DNA from: Burkholderiaceae bacterium
GTDB lineage: Bacteria; Pseudomonadota; Gammaproteobacteria; Burkholderiales; Burkholderiaceae_C
Length of the DNA: 24,393 bases
Reading direction: 5' to 3'
Assembly (NCBI GenBank): GCA_040081145.1
Contig: JBEBHW010000001.1
Span: 1 to 24,393, forward strand
Below the pieces are notes generated by a model. The model saw only the letters and a list, made by a program, of their open reading frames with translations. It did no database searches and was not told the DNA's origin. The stretch's first letter is position 1. Each line of letters opens with the position of its first letter. A program made the translations under genes and the position numbers. Positions 8,123 through 16,144 of the stretch are shown piece after piece.

Positions 8123-8986
8123 GTGAGTGAGGTTGTGACGTCGGGCGCCACGCCCCCCCTGGCGGCGCCCGACGCTGCGGAGCGCTCGGTGCCCTCCGTC
8201 GTCGACGGCGTCGCGGTAGCGCGCCTGTACGGCGAGCCGCTGTTCACGCTGCCCAGCGACCTCTACATCCCGCCTGACGCGCTGGAAGTCTTTCTCGAGG
8301 CCTTCGAAGGCCCGCTGGACCTGTTGCTGTACCTGATCCGACGCCAAAACTTCAACATCCTGGACATCCCGCTGGCCGACGTGACGCGCCAGTACCTCAC
8401 CTACGTAGAGCAGATCCGCAAGCACAACCTCGAGCTCGCCAGCGAGTACCTGTTGATGGCGGCGATGTTGATCGAGATCAAGTCGCGCATGCTGTTGCCG
8501 CCGAAGAAGACGCGCGACGGCGAAGAGGCCGAAGACCCACGCGCCGAACTGGTGCGGCGCCTCATCGAATACGAGCAGATGAAGCTCGCCGCAGCCGGCC
8601 TGGACGCGCTGCCGCTGCTCGGGCGCGATTTCCTGCGCGCGCAGGTGACGATCGAGCAGGCGCTCGCGCCGCGCCTGCCGGAGGTGAACGCCGACGAACT
8701 GCGCGCCGCGTGGGCCGACATCCTGCGCCGCGCCAAGCTCGTCGAGCACCACACGATCACGCGCGAGCAATTGAGCGTTCGCGAGCACATGAGCATCGTG
8801 CTGCGCGCCCTGCAGGGGCGCCGCTTTGCCGTGTTCGAAGACTTGTTCGACGCGTCGCGCGGACCGCAAGTGATGGTCGTGACCTTCATCGCCCTGCTCG
8901 AACTCGCGCGCGAACACTTGCTGGAAGTGACACAGGCCGAGGCGTTTGCGCCGATCTATGTTCGTTTGGCGTTTTCGCCAAGCTGA
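8123..8986 (+). CDS. scpA: Segregation and condensation protein A (SMC kleisin)
   Basis: FLEAFEGPLDLLLYLIRRQN, LASEYLLMAAMLIEIKSRMLLP, DPRAELVRRLIEYE, VVTFIALLEL. Confidence 0.95.
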   Translation: MSEVVTSGATPPLAAPDAAERSVPSVVDGVAVARLYGEPLFTLPSDLYIPPDALEVFLEAFEGPLDLLLYLIRRQNFNILDIPLADVTRQYLTYVEQIRKHNLELASEYLLMAAMLIEIKSRMLLPPKKTRDGEEAEDPRAELVRRLIEYEQMKLAAAGLDALPLLGRDFLRAQVTIEQALAPRLPEVNADELRAAWADILRRAKLVEHHTITREQLSVREHMSIVLRALQGRRFAVFEDLFDASRGPQVMVVTFIALLELAREHLLEVTQAEAFAPIYVRLAFSPS

Positions 8987-9001
8987 ATTCCGGCGCTGCG
9001 C

Positions 9002-9043
9002 CGCGACGCGATGGCGGCGAAAGCCGATCTCCGGCGTGTCGCG
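9002..9043 (+). other. GC-rich hairpin with GAAA tetraloop downstream of scpA
   Basis: CGCGACGCG (9002-9010) pairs with CGTGTCGCG (9035-9043), enclosing CGGC-GAAA-GCCG (9015-9026). No U-tract. Confidence 0.4.
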
Positions 9044-9125
9044 TGTTGCCAATTCACCTCAGTGGAGAACGCCGGGCGGCAGGATCACGTATTCTGCTCA
9101 GGCCCGACCCACCCCAAGGAACATC

Positions 9126-9698
9126 ATGAACAAGCTTTTGGCACTGGCTTTTCTGCTGCTCGGCACCGCTGCACACGCCGCCGACGGTGACCGACCCTTC
9201 AAGTTTGTTGCCGGCCTGGGCATCACGGGAGGCGGCTCAAAGCTGGCGACCGTGCAATACACGAACGGCGAATCACAGAACATCAACGCCGGCTCCGGCG
9301 TCCACTTTTATTTTGGCGGCGAGACGCGCATCGGCACCCTCGTCACGCTGCAAGCCACCGTGGGCTACCACGTCGACACGACACGCCCGTCCAACGGCGA
9401 AGTGACGTTCAGCCGCTACCCGGTGGACGTGATCGCCTCGGTGCCCGCCACCGACAATTTGCGCTTCGGCCTTGGCGCGCAGTTCATCAACAACCCCCGG
9501 ATGAAGGGCAACGGCGTGGCGAGCAACATCGACGCCAAGTTCGATTCGACGGTGGGCGTACTGCTCGAGGGCGAGTACCGCTTCACGTCCTGGGTCGGCG
9601 TCAAGTTGCGCGGCGTGAGCGCGACATTCAAGGAATCCACGACCGGGCAATCGGCCAGCGCCGACCACATCGCCCTGATGGCCAACTTCTATTTCTGA
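9126..9698 (+). CDS. Small outer-membrane beta-barrel protein
   Basis: AAGGA SD, signal peptide MNKLLALAFLLLGTAAHA, alternating amphipathic strands, C-terminal ANFYF (aromatic terminal residue, BAM-type signal); 190 aa. Confidence 0.85.
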   Translation: MNKLLALAFLLLGTAAHAADGDRPFKFVAGLGITGGGSKLATVQYTNGESQNINAGSGVHFYFGGETRIGTLVTLQATVGYHVDTTRPSNGEVTFSRYPVDVIASVPATDNLRFGLGAQFINNPRMKGNGVASNIDAKFDSTVGVLLEGEYRFTSWVGVKLRGVSATFKESTTGQSASADHIALMANFYF

Positions 9699-11491
9699 AG
9701 ATCCGGCTGAAGCTTGAACGCAATCAACGCGCGCAGCTTGTTCGGCAGCACGGGCTTGAGCAGCAGGTGAAAGTTGTGAACCTGCGCAAGCTCGTCGACG
9801 TCGCTCATCGTGCTGCCGCTGACCATGATGGCAGGCAGGCCTGAGCCGAAGCGCGCGCGCAGTGCCTGCAGCGCCTGCACGCCGTCCCGTCCGTCTTCGA
9901 CGCGGTAGTCGACGATCGCCAGGTCGGGCGCAGGCTCGCTGGCGGCGCAGTCGCGTGCCCACGCTTCGCAATCCTGGACGCGGTCGAAGGCGCGAAGTTG
10001 CGCGCCCCAGCCGGTGAGCAGCGCCTCCAATCCGGCGAGGACGCGCGCATCGTCGTCGACGACGACGATGTGCCGGCTCTGCAGCGTCAGCTGCAGCACA
10101 GGGCTGCTGGTTTGTGCTTCAACGTCCGCTGAAGGCACCCGGCCCGCAGGCAGCTCGAGCATGAACACCGTGCCGCGCCCGGGCCAGGAGCGCAGCGTGA
10201 GCGGCGCGCCGATCAGCGCAGCCAGGCGCTTGGCGATCGCCAGGCCCAAGCCCAGCCCTTTGCGCTGGCCTGCCGCGGGGCCCGCGGGGTCGCGAACCTG
10301 ATAGAACTCTTCGAAGATGCGCAGTTGTTCGTCCGGCGCGATGCCGCAGCCGGTGTCCCACACCTGCAATTGCACCTTGTCGCCGCGGCGCCGGCAGCCC
10401 ACCAGCACGGTGCCGTCTTCGGTGTAGCGGATCGCGTTGGCGAGCAAATTGCGCACGATGCGCTCAACGAGCAACGGATCGGCGTGCACGATTCGCGCCG
10501 CACCGCGCAGGCGCAGCGCCAGGCCCTTCTCGAACGCGCCCGCCTCGAAGTGCAAGCGCAACCGGTGCAGCATGTCAGCCATGCGAAAGTCGCGCGGATT
10601 CACTTCGATCGCGCCGCTGTCGATGCGCGTGATGTCCAGCAGTTCGGTAAACAGGCCCTCGAGCGCGTTCACCGATTCGTTGATGCTGTTCACGAGCGGC
10701 GCCACGTCGGAATCGCGCGTGCGCTCGCGCAGCGCCTGGGCGAACAGGCCCATCGCGTGCAGCGGTTGGCGCAAGTCGTGGCTCGCTGCGGCGAAGAATT
10801 GCGTCTTCGCGCGGTTCGCGATTTCGGCGCTGTATCGCGCGCCTTCGGCGACTCTCTTCTCGTGACGCACTTGCACGAGCGCCTCGCTCAGTTGCAGCTT
10901 CAATGCGATGACGCGCGCCATCGCCTGTCGGTAGTTGCCGCCGAGCACCGCCGTCAGGCCGACGATGAGCGCGAGCAACCCGGCGAGTTGCAGGCTGTAG
11001 GCATCGGCGCCGGTGGCGATGCGCACGATCAGCGGCAGCGCCGCGAGCAGGAGGTAAGCAAAGTAAATTCGCGGCTGCGTCGCCAGGATGGGCATCGCCG
11101 CGACGCAAAACGTATATACAACGAGGATCAGCCCGGTCTGCTGGATGTGCTGGCCGCCGGCGTAGAACAGCCACCCCGCCAGGCCCCAGTTCGCGCCCGA
11201 GGCGAGCGTTCCCGCGTGGGCGCCGCGCTGCCATGTCTGCCAGTGCGCCAGGGTCAGCCGAACTGAGCGCGCAAAGTGCAGCCCCAGTGCCAGACGCGCG
11301 CACCAGATGGCCACGAAGCATCCGAGCCAAAGCCAGAGCAAGGCCTGCGCCGGCGTGCCCCAGAACAACAGGGTGAGCACGCCCGCGCCTGCGGCGTTGC
11401 CGGCGAGCGTAGTCGGAAGGTAGTCAAAAGCGGCCTGTACCTCGTCGGGCACGGCCGAGAGTTCAAGGTCAGTCGCGGGGGCAGCACTCAC
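9689..11491 (-). CDS. Hybrid sensor histidine kinase (membrane sensor + HisKA + HATPase + receiver)
   Basis: Several N-terminal TM helices, H-box ASHDLRQP, N-box RNLLANAIRYT, G1 DTGCGI, F-box FEEFYQ, G2 GLGLGL, C-terminal REC (VVDDD...IVDY...KP). Confidence 0.95.
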   Translation of the reverse strand: MSAAPATDLELSAVPDEVQAAFDYLPTTLAGNAAGAGVLTLLFWGTPAQALLWLWLGCFVAIWCARLALGLHFARSVRLTLAHWQTWQRGAHAGTLASGANWGLAGWLFYAGGQHIQQTGLILVVYTFCVAAMPILATQPRIYFAYLLLAALPLIVRIATGADAYSLQLAGLLALIVGLTAVLGGNYRQAMARVIALKLQLSEALVQVRHEKRVAEGARYSAEIANRAKTQFFAAASHDLRQPLHAMGLFAQALRERTRDSDVAPLVNSINESVNALEGLFTELLDITRIDSGAIEVNPRDFRMADMLHRLRLHFEAGAFEKGLALRLRGAARIVHADPLLVERIVRNLLANAIRYTEDGTVLVGCRRRGDKVQLQVWDTGCGIAPDEQLRIFEEFYQVRDPAGPAAGQRKGLGLGLAIAKRLAALIGAPLTLRSWPGRGTVFMLELPAGRVPSADVEAQTSSPVLQLTLQSRHIVVVDDDARVLAGLEALLTGWGAQLRAFDRVQDCEAWARDCAASEPAPDLAIVDYRVEDGRDGVQALQALRARFGSGLPAIMVSGSTMSDVDELAQVHNFHLLLKPVLPNKLRALIAFKLQPDLQK

Positions 11492-11541
11492 CGCAGAAAG
11501 ACCTCATGCGCAGCCCAGGCGCGTGCGGCGCGGTCGGAGAA

Positions 11542-12318
11542 TCAGCGCCCGGGCGGGCGCATCTCCGACGAGCCAGCGGCCCGGTTCATCTCACCCACGG
11601 CGAGAACCGCCTGGGTGCGCGTCGTGACATTGAGCGCGCGCAGCACGGCGGCGACATGATCCTTGACGGTGTCCACCGCGACGTTCAACTCGCGTGCGAT
11701 CAACTTGTTCGGTTTGCCTTGCAGCAACAGGGCGAGCACTTCGTTCTGGCGCGGCGTGAGGCCCAGTGTGGCGAGCGGTGGTGTCGCCGGCAATTCGGGA
11801 AGGCCGGCATGGAAACCCGTGTCCTGCGAACTCGGGCGGCCGATGTGGTGAATCATCGGCGTCGTTTCGGCAAACGTGGTGGGCATCGCGTAAGGACCCA
11901 CCTTGGGCGGCAGATTCGTCATCAGCGCGCGCGCGCCGGTCGGAATGAAAATTCCGCCTGACATCACCAGGCGCAGCGCCTCATGCAACTCCGGCGTGCT
12001 CGAACGCTTGGGAATGAAACCCATCGCGCCCGCATCGATGGCCTTGATCACGTCGCTGTAGCGATCCGAAGCCGACACCACGACCACAGGCAACTCCGGG
12101 TAGGTGGCGCGAAAATCGGTGAGCACGTCAAAGCCGTCGGTGTCACCCAGATTCAGGTCGAGCAGGATCAGGTCGAAGTCTTTTTCCGTCTTGAGCTTCT
12201 CGCGGCCGATGCGTGCAGTTGCTGCGCCAACCACCGTGACGTCGTCGCCCAACTCCTGGATCACGTTTTGCAGCGCCGACAAGATCAGCGGGTGGTCATC
12301 GATCAGCAAGACCTTCAT
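11542..12318 (-). CDS. NarL/FixJ (LuxR-HTH) response regulator
   Basis: MKVLLIDDHP...LILLDLNL...FIPK receiver; LTPRQNEVLALLLQGKPNKLIARELNVAVDTVKDHV LuxR HTH. Start ATG 12318. Confidence 0.95.
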   Translation of the reverse strand: MKVLLIDDHPLILSALQNVIQELGDDVTVVGAATARIGREKLKTEKDFDLILLDLNLGDTDGFDVLTDFRATYPELPVVVVSASDRYSDVIKAIDAGAMGFIPKRSSTPELHEALRLVMSGGIFIPTGARALMTNLPPKVGPYAMPTTFAETTPMIHHIGRPSSQDTGFHAGLPELPATPPLATLGLTPRQNEVLALLLQGKPNKLIARELNVAVDTVKDHVAAVLRALNVTTRTQAVLAVGEMNRAAGSSEMRPPGR

Positions 12319-12355
12319 GGGCGAGAGACTCCAGCGTGCGGCACAGCGGCTCAGC

Positions 12356-12808
12356 TTAAATGTAGCGGCGTGCCACCGACTCGGCGACGCAAACCGGCTT
12401 CGTGGAGCCCTCACGTTCCATCGTCACTTGTGTCGTCAATTGCGCACCACCTTCGAGCACCTCATAACTGAGCAGCTTGAACACGCCGCGCAAGCGGCTG
12501 CCCACGGGAACCGGCGCCGGAAAGCGCACCCGGTTCAAGCCGTAGTTCACACCCATGCGTGTGTCCTGGATCTCGAAGGCCGACGCACCCATCAGCGGCA
12601 GAAGCGACAAAGTGAGAAACCCATGCGCCACCGTCGCGCCAAAGGGGCCGGCCGCGGCGCGCTGCGGATCGACGTGAATCCATTGATGGTCGCCCGTCGC
12701 GTGGGCAAATGCGTCGATCATCGGCTGCTCGACGCTGAACCAGTCGCTGTGACCCAGGTCCTCGCCGACCAGGCCTTGCAGGTCGCTCAGTTTCGCGTAA
12801 GTTTTCAT
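12356..12808 (-). CDS. MaoC family dehydratase / (R)-enoyl-CoA hydratase-like
   Basis: Hydratase-2 motif IDAFAHATGDHQWIHVD, TVAHGFLTLSL, NYGLNRVRF. ATGA overlap with the upstream ParA gene. Confidence 0.92.
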   Translation of the reverse strand: MKTYAKLSDLQGLVGEDLGHSDWFSVEQPMIDAFAHATGDHQWIHVDPQRAAAGPFGATVAHGFLTLSLLPLMGASAFEIQDTRMGVNYGLNRVRFPAPVPVGSRLRGVFKLLSYEVLEGGAQLTTQVTMEREGSTKPVCVAESVARRYI

Positions 12809-13470
12809 TGCCGGTCCTCACCGTTTTCCACGACGAACTCTTCGTCGAATACTTCGTCGTTGAGCCACGCCGTGATCGGCTTCCACTGCTCCAGGTCGCG
12901 CTCGAAGCGGCTCGACGCCATGTCCCACAGCGTCAGGCCGTGCGCGCCCAGGTGCACGTAGTTTTGCGAGTCGCGCAGGAAGGCAATGACCGGCAATTTC
13001 ACGGTGGCCAGGAAATTGCGCAGTTGCTCGGTCGAGATCAGGCCTTCGCGCGTGCGCATTCCCACGAGGGCAAATTCGATGGATGCCGCCCTGCGGTGCG
13101 TGCGCAAGGTCTCGATGAACTGGTGCGTCGCATGAATGTCGAAGATGCCGGGTTGCAGCGGAATCAACACCTTGTCGGCAATCTTCAGGACTTCATCCAG
13201 CCGCTTGCCCGACAGGCCCGCCGGCGTGTCGAGCACCACGTGGGTCGTGCCGCGCGGCGGGCGCACCAGGCTGTCTTGCGAGGCATCCCAACTCTGGATC
13301 GGCGGCAGCCCCGCCGGGCGCAGGCTGAGCCAGGTGCGCGACGACTGTTGCCGATCCACGTCGCCCAACATCACGGCGTGGCCGCGCGCGGCAAGATAAC
13401 CCGCAAGATTGGTCGCGAGCGTGGACTTGCCCACCCCGCCCTTTGGATTCGCGACCGCGATCACCGGCAT
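12805..13470 (-). CDS. ParA/MinD family ATPase, copy 1 (orphan)
   Basis: Deviant Walker A NPKGGVGKST, GDVDRQ, Walker B VVLDTPAG, IPLQPG. GGAGG SD upstream of ATG 13470; 221 aa. Confidence 0.93.
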   Translation of the reverse strand: MPVIAVANPKGGVGKSTLATNLAGYLAARGHAVMLGDVDRQQSSRTWLSLRPAGLPPIQSWDASQDSLVRPPRGTTHVVLDTPAGLSGKRLDEVLKIADKVLIPLQPGIFDIHATHQFIETLRTHRRAASIEFALVGMRTREGLISTEQLRNFLATVKLPVIAFLRDSQNYVHLGAHGLTLWDMASSRFERDLEQWKPITAWLNDEVFDEEFVVENGEDRQ

Positions 13471-13595
13471 GACGCCCTCCCGACTCGACGCTTCGATTCG
13501 GGTTATGTTACAGGTGACCGACGCCCCTGCGACATTGCGGAATACCAGTGAAAGTACGGTCTGAAACAACCTCGCGCCTCACCGAAAGACTTGCC

Positions 13596-14213
13596 ATGCC
13601 CGAATCGCCCGCCCCGACTGCGCTTGTGATTGCAGCGCACCCGCACCTCCAGCAATCGCGAGTCAATCGCGCCGCACTGCGCGCCGCTGCGCAGACGCCA
13701 GCGCGGGTGCACGACCTCTACGCGCTCTACCCCGACTACCTGATCGACATCGCCGCCGAACAGGCTGCGCTCGCGCAAGCGCAGCTTGTCGTCTGGCAGC
13801 ACCCGATCCACTGGTACAGCACGCCGCCGCTCATGAAGTTGTGGATCGACGAAGTGCTCGCCTTCGGCTGGGCCTATGGCCCGGGCGGCACCGCCTTGCG
13901 CGGCAAAGACTTGTGGCTGGTTGCGAGCACCGGCGGGCCCGAAGACTCGTACCGGCCCGACAGCTACAACCGCTATTTTTTCGACGCCTTCTTGCCGCCC
14001 TATGAGCAGACGGCGGCGCTGTGCGGCATGCGCTTCCTGCCGCCGCTGCTGCTGCACGGCGCGCACCGGGCGACGAATGCACAAAGCGAGGCGCACGCAC
14101 AGACGTATGCGCAGCGTTTGCGCAGCTACCCCGATTGGCCGGAGCTCGCCGATCTGGAGGCGTGCCCGGCGTGCGCCGTGCCGCTCACCGCCCGGCCCGC
14201 GCAGGAGGCGTGA
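13596..14213 (+). CDS. kefF: Glutathione-regulated K+ efflux ancillary flavoprotein (NAD(P)H quinone oxidoreductase)
   Basis: AHP...SRVN, HDLYALYPDY.ID..AEQ, VWQHPIHWYSTPPLMKLWIDEV...GWAYG. TGATG coupling to kefC. Confidence 0.9.
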   Translation: MPESPAPTALVIAAHPHLQQSRVNRAALRAAAQTPARVHDLYALYPDYLIDIAAEQAALAQAQLVVWQHPIHWYSTPPLMKLWIDEVLAFGWAYGPGGTALRGKDLWLVASTGGPEDSYRPDSYNRYFFDAFLPPYEQTAALCGMRFLPPLLLHGAHRATNAQSEAHAQTYAQRLRSYPDWPELADLEACPACAVPLTARPAQEA

Positions 14214-16042
14214 TGGAACACAGCTCCTGGCTCACCGGCAGCCTCATCTACCTCGGCGCAGCGGTCCTCGCGGTGCCGATCGCTCGCGCGCTCGGGCTGG
14301 GGTCGATCATCGGTTATCTCAGTGCGGGAATCGCCATCGGGCCTTGGGGCTTGAAGCTCGTCACGGAAGCCCAAGACATGCTGCACTTCGCCGAATTCGG
14401 CGTCGTGCTGATGCTGTTCCTGGTGGGCCTGGAGCTCGAACCGCGGCGCTTGTGGGCGCTGCGCAAACCGATCTTCGGCTGGGGCAGCGTGCAACTGTTC
14501 GGCTCAGGCCTGCTGCTCGCTGCGGTGGCGTGGTCGTTCGGCGTGGACATGAATTTGGCCATCGTCGCGGCGCTTGGCCTGGCGATGTCGTCCACCGCGA
14601 TCGGCCTGGGCGTGCTGGCGGACCGCAACCTCATGCCCACCACCTCGGGCCAGGCGGTGCTGAGCGTCGCGCTGCTGCAAGACGTTGCGGCAATCCCGAT
14701 CCTCGCCCTGGTGCCTTTGCTCGCCGCAAGCAGCGTGCACGCGAGCGGCGCCGGCTGGCTCGGCGCGGCCAAGGCGATCGGCGTGATCGCCGCCATCATT
14801 CTGGGCGGGCGCCTGCTGCTGCGCCCGGCCTTGCGCTGGATCGCACGCAGCAAGACGCCCGAAATCTTCACCGCTGCGGCACTGTTGCTGGTGGTGGCCA
14901 CCGCGGCGCTGATGCAGGCGGTGGGGTTGTCGATGGCGCTCGGCGCATTCCTCGCCGGTGTGCTGCTCGCCGAAAGCGAATACCGGCGCGAGCTGGAGAC
15001 CGACATCGAGCCGTTCAAGGGCTTGCTGCTCGGCTTGTTTTTCATCGCGGTGGGAATGAGCATCGACTTTGCCGTCGTCTGGCAAAGCCCGGCCCTGGTG
15101 GCTTCGGTAGTGCTGGGGTTTCTCCTGCTCAAATCGCTCATCTTGTGGGCGATGTGCCGCAGCATGCCGATTCCGCTGCCCGAGCGGCCAGTGTTCGTGA
15201 TCCTGCTCGCGCAGGGTGGAGAGTTCGGCTTCGTCGTGTTTCAAAGCGCCTCGGGCGCGGGGGTGATCGGCGCGCCGATGACGTCGTTGCTCGTCGCCGC
15301 AGTCGCAATCTCGATGCTGCTCACGCCCCTGCTGCTCGTGCTCGCCGACCGCTGGTGGGCAGCGCACCTGGGGGAACACAAGAAGACGCAACACGCTGAG
15401 CTGAGCGAACCGCAAAGCGCGCCGGTCATCATTGCCGGCCTCGGGCGCTACGGCCAGATTGTCGGCCGCCTGCTCTACGCGAACGGCATCCTGCCCACGG
15501 TGCTTGACCACGACGCCGAGCAGATCGAGGCGCTGCGCCGCTTCGGTTGGCTCGCACACTATGGCGATGCGTCGCGCCTGGACCTGCTGCGCGTGGCCGG
15601 TGCCGCGCAGGCGCGTGTGCTCGTCCTCGCGATCGACGATGTCGACCAGAGCGTCGCCGTCGCGCGCATGGTGCGCGATCACTTTCCGAACCTGCAAATC
15701 GTTGCTCGAGCGCGCAACGTGCAGCATTACTTTCGCCTGCGCGAACTGGGCGTGACGCTGATCGAGCGTGAAACGCTCGATTCAGCCTTGATGAGCGCGC
15801 GCTCGGCGCTCGAGCTGCTCGGCTGGCAGCCGCACCAAGCGCGCAACCTGGCGCTGCGCTTTCGGCGCCACAACGTCGAGCAATTGGAAGCGACACTGCC
15901 GCACTGGAAAGACCAGGCCAAGCTCATCGCTTCGGCAAAGCAGGGGCGCCAGCAGTTGGAAGAGCTGTTCGCGCAGGAGCGCGAGGCCGGACGCGAGCAG
16001 CGGGCGCGTGCCAGCTGGAGCGATGAAGCTCCCGCCGCCTGA
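14213..16042 (+). CDS. kefC: Glutathione-regulated potassium efflux system protein (CPA2 + KTN domain)
   Basis: HFAEFGVVLMLFLVGLEL, SEYRRELETDIEPFKGLLLGLFFI, QGGEFGFV, KTN motif IIAGLGRYGQIVGRLL, YGDA.R.D.L. Confidence 0.93.
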   Translation: MEHSSWLTGSLIYLGAAVLAVPIARALGLGSIIGYLSAGIAIGPWGLKLVTEAQDMLHFAEFGVVLMLFLVGLELEPRRLWALRKPIFGWGSVQLFGSGLLLAAVAWSFGVDMNLAIVAALGLAMSSTAIGLGVLADRNLMPTTSGQAVLSVALLQDVAAIPILALVPLLAASSVHASGAGWLGAAKAIGVIAAIILGGRLLLRPALRWIARSKTPEIFTAAALLLVVATAALMQAVGLSMALGAFLAGVLLAESEYRRELETDIEPFKGLLLGLFFIAVGMSIDFAVVWQSPALVASVVLGFLLLKSLILWAMCRSMPIPLPERPVFVILLAQGGEFGFVVFQSASGAGVIGAPMTSLLVAAVAISMLLTPLLLVLADRWWAAHLGEHKKTQHAELSEPQSAPVIIAGLGRYGQIVGRLLYANGILPTVLDHDAEQIEALRRFGWLAHYGDASRLDLLRVAGAAQARVLVLAIDDVDQSVAVARMVRDHFPNLQIVARARNVQHYFRLRELGVTLIERETLDSALMSARSALELLGWQPHQARNLALRFRRHNVEQLEATLPHWKDQAKLIASAKQGRQQLEELFAQEREAGREQRARASWSDEAPAA

Positions 16043-16080
16043 AGCCTGTACCGACCGCGCGGCCAAACTTGCCCTGCCCC

Positions 16081-16120
16081 GGCCTTGTTCTGGCCTCGTT
16101 CAGGCCTCGTTCAGGTCTTG
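16081..16120 (+). repeat. Tandem 11-bp direct repeats
   Basis: GGCCTTGTTCT (16081), GGCCTCGTTCA (16092), GGCCTCGTTCA (16103), partial GGTCTTG (16114), between the convergent kefC and ParA copy 2 stops. Confidence 0.75.
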
Positions 16121-16144
16121 CCGGCGATCAGCCCCGCGCGGTCA

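Noticed and set aside
8123-8986. scpA without adjacent scpB or smc
   Set aside because: Separation of scpA from scpB is common in Betaproteobacteria, so it is not informative.
14021-14212. N-terminal extension of kefC in the ORF track
   Set aside because: Overlaps kefF; ATG 14213 (TGATG coupling) gives a normal KefC N-terminus.
16081-16120. Possible CRISPR array
   Set aside because: Repeats are 11 bp with no spacers, and there are no cas genes in the window.
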